In this document: piece by piece, positions 1 to 13,047 of the stretch
How the letters are laid out: each line of letters opens with the position of its first letter
How positions within the stretch are numbered: position 1 is the first letter of the stretch
Assembly (NCBI GenBank): GCA_965153455.1
Contig: OZ234493.1
Span: forward strand, 5,022,001-5,086,000
DNA: 64,000 bases
DNA from: Sphagnum compactum
Lineage: Eukaryota
Reading direction: 5' to 3'
Program-made: the position numbers and the translations under genes
The notes under the pieces: generated by a model
The model's database searches: none
The model's input: the letters and a program-made list of their open reading frames with translations, nothing else
Told to the model about the DNA's origin: nothing

Positions 1-2159
1 ACCCCAATGACATTTAATTGTTTTGTAGGACTCTTTGCATCTTGAAAGGGAAAAATGCTCCAAACTAGCCTCATAAAAATTGAACAATATTTTTTCAATT
101 TTCATAGTCATGTTCTGAACCTCATCAAATAAAAATGAAAGATAGTAAAATTTCAATTTGGCGTTGTGTAGTGTCAATGGATGACAATTGCAAACTAATT
201 GAGTGAGGTCCACTGTCAAAACAAATTACATGCTCGATTTACCAATTTGGAATCATTTGTCTCACATGATTTGGATTCCAAAAATTGCATTTCAAGTCCA
301 AGTGGTTAAACAAAACAATGTGAAAAGGCAATTTGTCAGCCAATGCTTTTTGTATACATACATAGAATTCACATTTTGTATTTAACTACAACTATCAATT
401 TAATACATTAGTTGATTAGGAACATGTCCATAAATAAATAAATTTGTCAAGTATGTCCTAGGATGTACCAATTTATTTGGAAGTGATGATTTTTTGGATT
501 CATGCATTTGTTCAACCTTTTCAATGATTCAAGATGTTTTACATGGTCAACACAGCAATTGACAAAATTTTAATGGGCCGTGCAGAAATATGGTGCACAT
601 GAAGTAAGTAGCCAAGTGGAAAATTGTTCTCCATTTTGGGCATGTTGGAAGTTACATTCAATACACAAAAGGTCAATGGATAGCTAATGCCAATGTATGT
701 AGACCATGTTTTGTACATCACGATTCACCATCGTCTTGGCATATAGAAATGTAGGTAGACTGTCTTGCATTTTTTTGGACGAAAATTGATGTAAAGCTAC
801 CAACCAATATTTTGACTAAGTCGTGTTTTCATCCTTAAAGCTATTGCCTTTAATTATTCATCTGCCATGCAGAGTGTAATTTCCTCTATCTCAGGATACT
901 GCTTTTGGCAATTCTTTCAAAACTATGAAGATGGAAAATCATTTGGCATAGTTACGTAAAGCAACAACTTGTTGACTACATAGATGATTATCTTATGAAT
1001 ATCATACATTTTTTAGGGATTGTGCTAGATACAATGATGCAAGTAAGTATGCAAGGCAACCAACCAACCAAACCGAGTCTTCACAAGCCGTCCATTTCTT
1101 TTCCCAAGGAGAGGTTCTTGGTTTGCCCTAAATGGGAGACATGAAACAAAACTAGGAAGCCCCTATTGTGTGCCTTCCATGCCTTGGGTCCATTAAATAT
1201 ATCACAAAAACGTTTGTGGTTGGGGTGCCCACCTACTACATTAGTAGAATTCAGTTTTGACACTGCATGTTTAATGTTTTCTAGTCTTGACGAGACATGG
1301 ATGAAATTAAGTGATGACAATGTAATGTATAGCCTAATAGTCTGAGGTTCCCTTCTGGTGGTCAGGAGTTTCCACTTTAGACAAGGGTCCAAGGAGAAGG
1401 GTCCAATGAAATCGAGCATTCTTATTGGTCAAGAGTTTTAAATTGGTCCCAAGGCCTTTAGACAATGGTTTAGGATCAAGACAAATCAAATTGTGATCTA
1501 GCTTACATGACATCAATTTGGAGGAAAACTAATTGGTTTGGACCAAAAAAATGAGCTTTAAGCAGAGCTCATGGTTTGGAGAACCAAAGTGTAAGCTTGG
1601 ACGGGTTCAAGGTTGCTCATTTCTTTGTTTTTTATTCTTTTATATTGTTTTTTTTTTCCTTTTGTTTTCAAATTTTGAATGGAAGACATGTTATGGATTG
1701 AGGGCATTGTCGAGAGCACACCAGCTCTCCCATTTTTGATCAATTCTAAAGTTAATATGGCTAGTTTGTGGATCCTTGTAAGGTGGTTGCTAGAAAGAAT
1801 GCATTTAAAGCCCTTCCAAGTGCATGAAATGGAGATGAAAGCAAAAAAAATAGAAAAAACCATGGAAAAAAGAAGAAGAAGATTTATAAAAACCAAAAAT
1901 TAACCTAATTTTCTATGTGTCAATCACACTTTTTTAATATTGGACTCTCAAATTGGACCCAAGCCTTTAGACACACTCATTGTACCTTAAGAAAAAACGT
2001 TTTCTTTAATGTGAAGAAGGGTCCAATTCAAAAGTTCAATTTGCTTCAAATTGGTCCATGGGCTTTTGGTCCCCGGAACCTTATCTAAAGATGCCCTAAA
2101 AAGATAAGTTTTGGCAAAGAGTTGTTAATTGCATGATAACTACCTATCATAGGTAAGTA

Positions 2160-2300
2160 CTGGTGTGGGTCAGTTCTGGGTATTTGGGAAAAAAAAATCA
2201 AAGCATCAGCCGAGTATTTGAAAAAATCATAATGGAAGAACTGGTCAGTTCTGAGTATTTGAGAAAATAAAATAAAAAACCATCAGTTCTGGGTGTATCA
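2160..2300 (+). repeat. Short dispersed-tandem repeat (TCAGTTCTGRGTATTTG, about 4 copies)
   Basis: The motif recurs at about 2169, 2206 (degenerate), 2245 and 2283, separated by A-rich spacers. Confidence 0.55.
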
Positions 2301-2920
2301 AAAACTTCAAAGAATCATAGGGTTTCATGAAAGAACTGATAAAGAACTGACAGTTATTTGACTGTAAACATTCCAGTTCATAAACACAAAAATTCCATTT
2401 GCCAGGGCGGAGCTGGGGGTAGGTATTTCAAATTTTGACCTCCATCTGTTATAATGCCCATATACCTTGTCAAAATCAAAGAATCGCCCAACACCAATAT
2501 GTATGTGGGGGAATGTTAGTGGTTCTTTGTTATTAGGTGGGTAGTAAGGCACTTGGTTGCTTTTAAGTAGGTAAATAGTCAGCTATGGGACAAGATGACA
2601 ACGGAAAATTGTTTTCTGTCCACACACCATCCATCATGCATGGTGCACTCCTGGGTGCTTGTTCAGTCTGGGCAGTCTTTGGTTTTGAAGGTGCTCCTCT
2701 TAACTCCAAGCTTGTCTAGAGTTATGAAATTCTATTTGATTGATTATATCCCAAGAACACAGATGTCCCAATCTAATGTACATTGTTTAAGAAAATTGGA
2801 ATGCAAGCTCTCACTTCAAGTGGGGTTATGCCTTTCCCAAGTAGATAGTCCTACTACCCCTTCTCCCAAGAAGTTCCTCCTTTCACCTTCATTGTAAGTG
2901 CATCTGCTCTTGGAATCACA

Positions 2921-3310
2921 TTCCATTGGCCCATCATCACTACAAAGATTTGGGCCTCTTGGAATTGGGAGGAGAGACACAAACCCATATATTAGGGAAG
3001 CAACTAACTAACTAACTAACTAACTAAATTAGTTAGCCTCCCCTCCCTGTTCACCAAGAAGATTTCTAAGCCAAAAACTCCCCTTGCATGTGCCCCAAGA
3101 TTTGACAAACAGTTGTGACTTACCATGGTAAGGGGTTTATGCTTTATACAAAGAGAGCCATTTCCATTGGCCCATCATCACACAAAAAAAGTGGGCCTCT
3201 TGGAATGGGGGAGGAGGGACGCACACACCTCTATTAAGGCACGCCCCAATTTCCACGAATGCTTATAAGCCAAGAGCTCCCCCCTTACACATGCCCCCCA
3301 AATTTGTCTA
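2921..3310 (+). repeat. Imperfect direct duplication (~2921-3110 and ~3162-3310); first copy contains a (TAAC)n microsatellite
   Basis: Shared blocks TTCCATTGGCCCATCATCAC...GGGCCTCTTGGAAT and TAAGCCAA..CTCCCC..GCCCC in both copies; (AACT)6 at 3002-3025. Confidence 0.7.
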
Positions 3311-3877
3311 GCTGGTCTGGGCTGGGGTCATACAAACCTGGTAGGTTCTTTCACAAGAGTTCATAGACCAGGGCTATATGAGCCCGGTAGGTTCTTTCAT
3401 TATAATGCATAAATGATCATAAGGAGCATCATGCTAACATGGCAGCACACAAGAGCTCCACAGTTATACAATCTTTTTTCTGTCTTCTTGACATGCTGAT
3501 GATAATGAGCACACCTTGAGTATTCATAGTAACCTGCGCGCTCTTGCCAGTTACCTAGTCCATGGATCTGGGCTTACACCAGCTGCAACTCAGTATATGG
3601 GACCAACACTTGTGACATATATTGGCTCACATCATCCCAACCTGGTAGGATGTTTCATTAGAGTGGATAAATCTCGGCTTATACCGGCTGCAACCCTTCA
3701 TACAAGATCCATGATGGTCATTATTGAAAGCAGTTACGACCTATTAGCAGGATTATCAAAAGTGGTTATTGACCTACTAGTGAGATTATTCAAAGCTGGT
3801 GTTTCGTTATCCCAAAATATCAGGAAAAGTTTACATTTACTTGAGGAGACATATAAGCTAAAAGCTACCTAGGCAGG

Positions 3878-4208
3878 TAGTGATTTATTTTCGGTGGCAA
3901 ATTTCAAATCTCAATTTCGACCTCAAAACAAAAAAAAGTAATATTCCGTGACAAATTCTCTGTTTTGGTAAAAAAAATTAACCAAAATTTTGAGGGAAAA
4001 CAAATCCTTGGAGAAAATTTTGTCACATTTGGACATAGTTTTTAGTGTCGAGACAGTTTTTCACCAATTTTGGACCTGTTTAGAGAAGTTTGGACAGTTT
4101 TCTTCATTACGTGTCACCAATTAATGGTGAATCTTTTTTGGGACAATCTCCAATGATGCTGCATCAGAAAACTGGAAAAAAAAAAAAAAAAGAAAAAAAA
4201 AAGCACTG
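3878..4208. mobile_element. Possible MITE-like non-autonomous element
   Basis: AT-rich and non-coding, with imperfect terminal inverted repeats TAGTGATTTATTTT ... AAAAAAAAGCACTG. No TSD confirmed. Confidence 0.35.
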
Positions 4209-4399
4209 TTCGTTTTCTGGACATTTTTTCCTCTCGTGTAAATTCGACTGATTTTGCTACATTTTGGGAAATATTCGCCAAATTTTCGATATCACATAAC
4301 TGGGGAAAAAAGAAACCCCTGTACTACTAAGTCATGTGTGCAGATACAGGTAGGCTTCCAAACTCCTAATTAATTAGGGTATATTTTGGGACTCAAGTC

Positions 4400-4700
4400 A
4401 TTGAGGTCACCCGGCGTAAGCTGGGGCCACCCGTTGCCTTGTCTCCCTCGTCTGGTCTGGTCGGGGGAAGTCCGCAAAGACCCTACGATAGGCAGCAGGG
4501 CCGCGCGCGCGCAAGTCTACGTGCGCAGTGGCCATGGCGCCCCGCGAGCTTGCTTCTGCTCGATAACTTAGCGTGCGGCGGACGGGGGAGAGCAAGACTT
4601 GCGCCGTAGAGTATTGGCTATTCCCGAAAAGAAAAATAAATATTGCCTTTCTTCTCCGAATCTTGTTCCTTATTCCTTCTATTTAAACAACTCTTTGGGT
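4400..4700 (+). promoter_or_regulatory. GC/CpG-rich proximal promoter region of the F-box gene
   Basis: Locally GC- and CpG-rich patch (CCGCGCGCGCGC) in an AT-rich background, upstream of a pyrimidine-rich 5'UTR-like tract and the F-box ATG at 5259. Confidence 0.45.
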
Positions 4701-5258
4701 GTTGCTTTTGTGTCACGAGTTCCTTCAGATCAGCAACATAAAAGCTGAGCTTTCAAAGCTCCTCCCCTCAATCTCTTTGTGGTTTTTTCCCACCCCTGTG
4801 GTTGCCTTAGATTGAGTTAGAGTGTTTTGGGTGTGAGAGAGGGTTAGCCGGGAAGAAGCGGTTCGTGTGATAGATTTGCCGGAGTTGTGAGGTGGGTTGC
4901 AGCTGGTTTCCAGTTGCTTGCTTCAGAGCAGCTGTTGTGTTTTTTTCTGATCATTAGAGGAGCTGGAATCATTGTATGGGACGAGTCCGACACTACTGCG
5001 CCTTGTCACAGTCTTATCATGAGACTTTCATGTCTTCCAGAAGCATTAGAAAGTCTAATTGGAACTGGAGCTTTCCCAGAAGCATTAGAACTACTAATTG
5101 GAGGAGCTATAATCCCACTTCATTGCAGCTGTTGTTGCTTTCTCTGGCAGCTCGTAGTTGGTTTGAGAAGCTCTTTGTTTCTTAGACATTAGTGACAGGA
5201 AGACTCACTAAGCTTGCGAACGGATCAGCTTGAAGGATCTAGTCACTCAGTGAAAGGA

Positions 5259-7608
5259 ATGGCAGAACCCGTGGGACTTGAAGAGGTAAAACTATATCTG
5301 GGGCTGAACCCAATCTGAAGCTTCAGACCCAGTAGAGGAAGAAAATTGTGTTCTGTTGTGTAGTGTGGAAGGAATGATGGTTGTTGTATGGTTTCAGCCT
5401 TGAAAGTTTAGAGGAGGAGAATTTTATGTTGGTTGCAACATGCTACCTTGTGTTCAGTTCATGTAGCTGCAAAGCATCTTATCTGCTCAGAATCGAACTC
5501 CCCAGGCTTTTATCTTCTTAAACATACGATGATGGGTCATTTTGCTTTGCTTGCCAGCATTAAATTTGGGGTTTCTGTAGGTCCTGGTTCTAGTGCTGCT
5601 CTTGCTTGCTTTTTGTGCTAGCACAAACTTGGTTGTATAAATTTCTATATGTTGTCAACACAGGTGTTACCAGAATGCCTGGTGGTGGAGATTATGAATC
5701 GAGTGCAGGACGCAAGGGAATTGGCAAAATGCTGTGTGGTGAGCAAGGGTTTGCGGCAAGCTGTGCAAAATGTCCTCTGTGTCCAACTCATCTGCTTGAA
5801 GAAGTATTACATGGAGGCTCGTCGTCTATTCTTTGTGAAACGTCCTGGCATGCACCACATAGATATGGATTATGGTTACAATGTAGGTCAAACTATCCGT
5901 GGTCAGAGCATTGGAGATCAGTATGATGAGGATGAAGAGGAGGAAGAGGAGGAGGAGGAGGAGGAGGAGGAGGAAGAGGAGGAAGATGACGAGGAGCATG
6001 AAGCTGAATGTTGTGGTGGTTCAGGCACTGGGCCTCTGGTTCGAGTCCCTTTCAAGCAAGCAGTCATGAACATGGTGCAGCAGGTGAAAAGGATCGAGCA
6101 CCTGAAGCTTGAGATCGAGCCAGAGATGCAAGCGAACCCATTCCAGAAAGATGAAATCCATCTCAAGGACTTCTGGTTGAGTGAACCCTATTTTGTGATA
6201 GCTTGGGCACAGGCAGTTGGCCCTTCTCTCCAGCACCTCTCGCTTGTGGACTATGGACAGCAAGCCATCATGTGCACCACCCCTATCATACGGATTCTTG
6301 CTGAGACCTGTAAGTTCCTCTACCAATTCCAGGAATCTTAGTCCTTCATACATGAACTTCAAGCAGTTTTAGTCCCCGTCAACATGCAGTCAGTGATTTT
6401 ATCTGTAGTTCAGCACATTGCATGATGCTTGAGTGTGAATGTACATATTGCAAATCCACAGAAAGGTTTTTGTTTAAGAATTTGTTATGCGTTCCATAGT
6501 TGCACTTTGCATCACTAGATTTTCTGTCCATGTTTTTGGACCATGACATTTGGGGGTGTATAATTTTCTGATGAGATGGCCTTGAAGTTGTTGATATGAA
6601 TGAAGGGAGCTCAGGTGATGTGTGAATTTGGACACAGACAGAGACTTATATGTTTGTGTTGCTGTTTGGTTGTTTTTGCCAGGCCCACTGCTGAAGACAC
6701 TAGAGCTCCGGAACATGTTTCTGGATACACGTGACTGCCCTGTTCTGCCACGCATGACATGCCTTACACTCCGGTGCATAAAGATGACGGGCAAGGGTCT
6801 GACAGATATCAACAAGTGCATGCCTGCTCTGACCATGCTTGCTGTTGTGAGTGTGTTTGGGGTTGAGGAGGCCACGATCACATCAGAGCACATGCAGGTG
6901 ATGTGCTTGGGCCTGTCAACAAAGGCAAAGACTGTTGAGCTAAACCTTCCAAATGTACGTAAATTGCAGCTCAAAATGGCATGCCCAGATTCACTCTGCG
7001 TTTCTGCCCCAAGTCTCACCTATGTGGCTGTTTGCATGGAGAAGCGAGAGGGTGCAACGGTGGAGTTTGAGAAAATCTCCAACCTCAAGGAACTTCTCTT
7101 TGGGGCATCTCATTTCTGTACACTTACAAGACTCATAAGAAACAACCCACTACTTGGGAAGGTCTTCCTGGATGTACCATGCATGGAGCTAGGGGATGAT
7201 GGAAGGTGGGAGGGTGTGTTACCTGATGTTCCACTCATGATCCCTGACATGAAAGAACTTGATGCATCATGCCCATGTTTGCACACACTTAGCATCGGAC
7301 CAGGGCTCTGGTACTCTCTGGAAACTGGTTTTGAGAACAAGCCAAATGCAGGAGAGACGTTCAAGAAGTGGCCATCCCTCAAGCACCTAATAGTCCACAT
7401 AATCGTTCTGAAGATGGATACATGCCTGTCTGTTTTACATCTCATCTCTGCTGCAGTTCCATCTCTCCAGACACTGGAGATATACATCCATGCAGACAGT
7501 CCTGTGGATGCAGATCATGTTCTTTTGGAATGTGAAGAGCATATAGCCTTTCCATTCAAATCTGGGAAGTGGAAGAAGAGCTTAAGCTTTTCATGTTTTA
7601 GTTTTTGA
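5259..7608 (+). CDS. F-box/LRR-repeat protein (At4g29420-like), about 532 aa; exons 5259-5285, 5664-6309, 6683-7608
   Basis: GT-AG introns with matching phases (GAG|GTAAAA..CAG|GTG; T|GTAAGT..CAG|GC) give MAEPVGLEE-VLPECLVVEIMNRV..LAKCCVVSKGL (F-box motif). This is followed by LRR-like repeats (CPLLKTLELRNMFL, LTLRCIKM, INKCMPALTML) as in plant At4g29420-type proteins. Exon 1 is inferred; the in-frame ATG at 5649 is an alternative start. Confidence 0.9.
5925..6002 (+). repeat. (GAG/GAA/GAT)n trinucleotide repeat encoding a poly-Glu/Asp tract
   Basis: GATGAGGATGAAGAGGAGGAAGAG(GAG)n.. translates to DEDEEEEEEEEEEEEEEEEEDDEEHE in exon 2. Confidence 0.95.
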
Positions 7609-8252
7609 AGAATCCTTAGTCATAATCAGAAATGCTTTTGTAAAGATTTACTAGGAACTGTTACGTTTGAGGCTGCCATGTATGTAATCTATATACATTA
7701 CAAAAAAATAGGGTTTTCCTTTTAGGTCACATGGCAATGCACAGTGATTTTATTGTATGACCATGGTCTATTTTCCAAGTGTTTTGTACAGGTGGGGTTG
7801 TTCACAGACCCCACTCTCTCTCTCCTGAGTAGGTTTGTGAAGTCAGGTTTTGAAGTTTTTAGTAGCAAAGCCTGGACATTGTATTGCTAGTTCCTGGATT
7901 AGATTTGGTCCCCGCTTCCTGTGTCAAAACAACTTTGCCACTCTAAAACTGAAGTGGCACTTTGAGAGTAATTTAAATACCTATGTATGTGTTGGTAGTA
8001 TCATCTATTGCTAACTTGCATTGCTAACCCTAATTTGTATTTTTGGTGCATGTGGTGATGAGAGCGATGACACCCAAATGTTAGATTCTTTGCAACGAAA
8101 ACTGGAGGAAATCAATGATATTATTGATGAAGGATCACAGAAAAATCTAAAAACAAAGTGAATACTGCATTGTTGTCTATAGTCTTACCTTTGATTAGAG
8201 CTGGAACAAAAGGCAGACTTGGGGATGTAAACAAAACACCAAAGTCAGTGAT

Positions 8253-11200
8253 ATGGCCAATATGTCAGAGAACCACTTGGAGTTCCCAGAATGCATGCCA
8301 GCCTTCCTAATGGGAGTGTTTATGCTAGGCATTGCAGAGGTTGTGTTTGTTGTTTATATTTGTATGGGCATGCTTCACAGTGGGCATGTAAGAAGGGACC
8401 GTTCAATTCCCTCACTTGGCATTGAAAGTGTTCCAAGCTCACTCAAATTCAACATGGAGGTTTCCCTCTAACTTGAAACTGTACTCTTTTTGGTCACATG
8501 GAAATCCCACATGCATCTAAGGACAAACATGATTGGATCTTCCCATTACATCTTTCTTTCTGATGCATTGGACTCCACCATACTTGTTTTTTTGTCTTTA
8601 TTTCCATGAGGAATTAATTGGTAGTGAAAAAAGAAAGGTCCACATAGTCTGTTGAGCACAAAATCTCTTGGCACAAGTAGGACATTGAAAACCTAATTTG
8701 CATGTATAGAGCACCTTGAAGGGTTAATGGAATGGGGCTGCTCCCAAGCTCTTGCAATTGTTATTGGGTTTCCAATTGACTGGCAAGCATTGCTAGTTTG
8801 AGAAAGGAGCACTGCAAACATGAGAAAGAAAATATAACCTCATATGAAATTACAGATCAGCTCTCGTGTTGTTCTGGGGGAACTCTCTTAAGACCTTCGG
8901 ATTCTTGTATCTTCAAAGGAGAAGACCTTGGCAATGATACACAAGGATATTGATTGTAGTGTCAGTTTTGTGCAACCAAGGAAACAAAGTCTTCCATTTC
9001 ATAGTGAACAAAAATAATCATTCACTTTGTAACCATTTTGTGGATGAAGATGCCAATATGGGTAAAAGAACAAAAGTACAATAGACATTGAATGGTGATG
9101 TGCAGGGAGATGTGTGGGTGGCACCTCTTGTAGAAGGAGATTGGGCACATGCATCTCTAGAACCAGCATGGGCACATATTGAAAGGGGAAGGCAGCAGAT
9201 TGAGGCTCCACCTGCAAGGGAGTCCGTACCACATAACATCCAAGTACAACCCATTTTGAGGCATGGCATTTTGCAGGACAAAGTATTGTGTTTGATGGCT
9301 CCAAATGCGAGGGAAGAGGCAGATCTCATATTGTTGGATGGTTGTGCTGTTCATGGTATATCTGGTGGAGATGAATATTCGAGGAAATGGTGGGTACTTA
9401 TAGAAATAGAAAATGTCTTAGGTGAAACTTTTGCATTGTATTTAATGTTCAAGCTTGATTAAGCTCACACTAGAATTGGCTCACCTATTCTCAATGTGTT
9501 TAATTGGCGATTAAAACCTGATGCATGGAAAATGCATGTTTTTGGAATTGATGGGAATGAAGGGCTGAGAAATTTCCAATCAAGGTGCACCATGATGAGC
9601 GTGTACTCTTTAGAGGCTGCAAAGATTTCCTTTTGTATTTGCCAACAGGATTTGAAAAGGAGGCATGGTGTGAGGTTTTACGAGCTGCTTCCAAACCACA
9701 ACATGCTGTGAAAGAATGGTTCCTCAAGTACAAAACACAATATGCGAAGTATTGTCTTGGCCTTGCAGTCTACAACCATCTTGTGATGACTAATGTGCAG
9801 AGAGAGAATAGTGGGAATGGTATTTTAGAAGAAACTAGTGGTGATCCTATTTCAACCCTGTCTCATGCGAAACAAATTTTATGGAACAAAGTGAGAAGAT
9901 GGAAATCAAATGGGCAGCATGAAGTTGCAAGCACCGCAAGGGGGGAACCTCAAGATGGACCAAGATCTAGCCTTGGAGACAACGTAGACCAAGGACTCAT
10001 TTGCTTTAATATTCTCTTATCAAGATTATTTTTTGATTGGCACCAGTGCCCATCTAGGATTGCGAAGTACCATGCAAACCTTCAGGCAAGTTGCATTCTC
10101 CTCACTTGGGTCATGAGCTCAAACTCATAAAAGATGTATGCATTCAAGGTTCAAACATATACTTGCAATCTTCAAGGAAGGATGTTTGAACCACATTCAT
10201 GAAGATTGCAAGTATATTATACACAGCAGCAACATGTGGATGGATAACACCTGGTTGGCATACTTCATTGTAACAGTTAGGTCAGAGCACTCATACAAAC
10301 CTAAATGACATTTTGCTTGTTACCTTTGACTTGCCCCCAGAAATTGTTTTCAAGGATGCATAAGCCTAAGTTTATTTCAACAGTTATGGTCAATGAGATT
10401 GATCTTGGGAAATATCCACCAGTGGCCACTGCATTTCGGATGCTTCCACCAGATACTGATGGGGTCATAATTTTGGAAGTGGATGTGGACTACCATGGTG
10501 ATGGACATTTCACTTGTGAAACACGACTGGAGGATTCACAAATAAATGAAGAGGAGCTCCAAAATGGTGACTAAAAACTTCTTCCAACTGAAATGATCTA
10601 TTCATTTGCCTGTTGATCAACACCATTTCTCACTATTAAATCAGGTTCTAAAATCACCCACAAGTTTACATGATCATGAGATGACCAAATGTACAGTCTA
10701 ACTCAAAGTCTAAATTCCACTTATCCCCATGTCCTGACCTCTCAATTTTCTTTTTCTGATTTTGGTTGCAAGAAGTAGACGACGATGAGCATGTCTCACC
10801 AGCAGTTAGCGAGAATATAGGTTGGGTGGAGTCCATGAAAGCTATCATGGCACGTATGAAAGAGCAGATTTCTCAGGTGTATGTTTCATCTGCATTCATT
10901 TGTTTGTTACATCAGGTGGTTTTAGTTGTAGGGGAGATTCTTGTACAAGTGGGTTCTCCTGAGGGCAGGTCACCTAAGGAGGTGAGCCCAAGGGTGTTCC
11001 TGAACCTCAGGAGAAATCACAAAGTACAGGAACAACTCTCTGTTTATGAGAATTTGGGAACATATAAGAATAGGAGGATCTCCCCTTGGCATAATGCCCT
11101 AGGGTTTTTCTCCTGGGGGAGATCTCTCAAAGTACACAGAGAAATAAAAAGACACTTACACATCTTTCACAAATGCACCAATTACATATGTGCACTGTGC

Positions 11201-12020
11201 AATCTGACTCAAAATATTACAGAAATTGAGAATATAACAAGTACATAATGCAGGTGGATATCACACATAAGATATGTGAATCTGGAAGTAAGTTGCCTCA
11301 TTGAGAGAATCTATATTGGTCCCTGGGGAAAGCAGGTACCACTGGTTATCTCAATCAAGGTAGTATCACTGAAGGGAACACTTGAAGTGAGAATAAGACC
11401 ACCCCCAACAACCCACATCTGGTTTTCTTTCAGACACATGCCAGAACTTGAGCTGATGGCTGAGCCCTATGTTGGGGACCATGCAATCACTAGTCCCCCT
11501 GTCATTGCCTGGATCCTGGCATTCCTGAAGGTGAGTCACTGATCTCCTAGCCACCCAACAAAAGATAAAGTGATCAGCTTCAAGCATGTAGCAAAGATGA
11601 TAAATAATCTCATTTCCCTTTCTAAAACAGAAATAAGAAAAAATGAAAAAACTTGAAATCCTAAAATTATACAGGATGAGCAAGGGAGATTCAAGTAGAT
11701 CTACCAGCCTTAAGCTGATCAACTTTGGCAGGAACAGGCTGTGAGGAGAGACAGTCATATTTGTAGGTGGATGCAATTTGTTTTTCTTTCTGGTTTGAAT
11801 GTGACAGACTCTAACATGCTACTTCAATGTTGTGCAGAAAACACTCCAAGATGCTATGGTGTTTCCACATTGTGAAAACCTTTATATGAAGTGGATGATG
11901 GCTGAACCTGATGACTGGTTGCCACAAAGCACAATCCCAGTGGCATTCTCACCCGATGATGCCATCCCCAAAACATGCACTCCAAGGAGTTCCTACTCAG
12001 CTCCATCATCAACCAACTAA
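8253..12020 (+). CDS. TEX2: TEX2/Nvj2-like ER contact-site lipid-transfer protein (N-terminal TM, PH-like, SMP domain; At1g73200-like), about 573 aa; exons 8253-8459, 9106-9389, 9563-10085, 10341-10566, 10773-10876, 11336-11530, 11838-12020
   Basis: Phase-consistent splicing yields a TM helix (FLMGVFMLGIAEVVFVVYI), a PH-like part (GCAVHGISG..SRKW|AEKFPIKV..EKEAWCEVLRAAS) and SMP motifs (FNILLSRLFFDW, IDLGKYPP, SQ|VPLVISIKVVSLKGTLEVRIRPPPTTHIWFSFRHMPEL, FLK|KTLQDAMVFPHCE..WM.AEPDDW) typical of plant DUF2404/TEX2 proteins. Confidence 0.9.
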
Positions 12021-13047
12021 GATCTTAGCTCTCAAGGACAATACTGACATCAACTGGTCAAATCCCCCACTGGAAGGAGTAGGGAATTTGCATACCTTCA
12101 TCTAACATATTTAATAAATAATTAATACCCATGAAAGATAAGAGTTCTCAATAGAGAGCACTTCACAAATCTGGACTTTGCAAAAGCTGCTGTTGGCACA
12201 GAATGCAGGGCTCAAGCCCTACTTTGAAGAGCTGTCAACTCAGTCCTTGCTCTTCTAGGAGTAGGGGTAAGCTTCCAACCAGCTTTTCTTCTAATACCAA
12301 TTGAGGTTCATCTCTCCCATGGGAAAGAAATAAGATTGAAACTGCAATTTCATGATAATCAGATTGAAAGGTTTGATCATGAAACATATGAATGGCACAA
12401 GTGGCTTCAGAGAAATCTTTGATTCTGTCTCCTAGTGAGTCACTGGGTGAGGCCAGTAGGTGTAAGGACAAACTAGGAGGCAGAATGTGTGAGGGGTGGG
12501 GTCAATCTTCGAAAAACGACTGTTCCTGTTTTGGAGTTTCTGATGTTTCTATAGCTTCAAAGATTACATGAGGGAGAATCAGGCAGAGATTGGTAAAACT
12601 TCTGACAATGTAAACATGTAGCCAGAGTGTAATGTTTGTAATATCATGCATACATTTAGACCATTGAGAAATATGCTCAACAAAAAATTCAGCTTCCAAT
12701 CATTAAAAAATGCAAACAAAGCCAAAAATCAGACTTGCACTGTATTCCAAAAACATGGTCTTGACATCATTGTTCTTCAGCCTTCATAAACAGAGTGAAC
12801 GAGTCTTGGGGAACACACCTTTTTACCACAACAGGTGAGCTGATTACATTGGTGAGAAAAGAAATCATCACCGATGAATCTCATATTAGCTACAGTACAA
12901 CAATGTGGTGGAGGACATTTGAAATCTGAGGAAGACTTAGCCACTGTGCAGTCATAACAATGAAATTTGCATGTCACAAAAGAGATTGCAGTTGTAAAAC
13001 ATTCTCAGCACCCTTAACTGAGCATTTCAAGGCAACTGTGACATGGA

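Noticed and set aside
1081-1419. Possible His-Me finger endonuclease (FHVSHL motif)
   Set aside because: The Cys/His/Asn residues expected after SHL are absent; the region looks like a degenerate repeat.
5918-6362. Minus-strand ORFs, including a poly-Ser ORF
   Set aside because: Antisense shadows of the F-box exon and its GAG repeat.
12021-12700. Eroded C-terminal extension of the TEX2-like protein
   Set aside because: Multiple stops in all frames and no recognisable conserved tail; treated as 3'UTR or intergenic.
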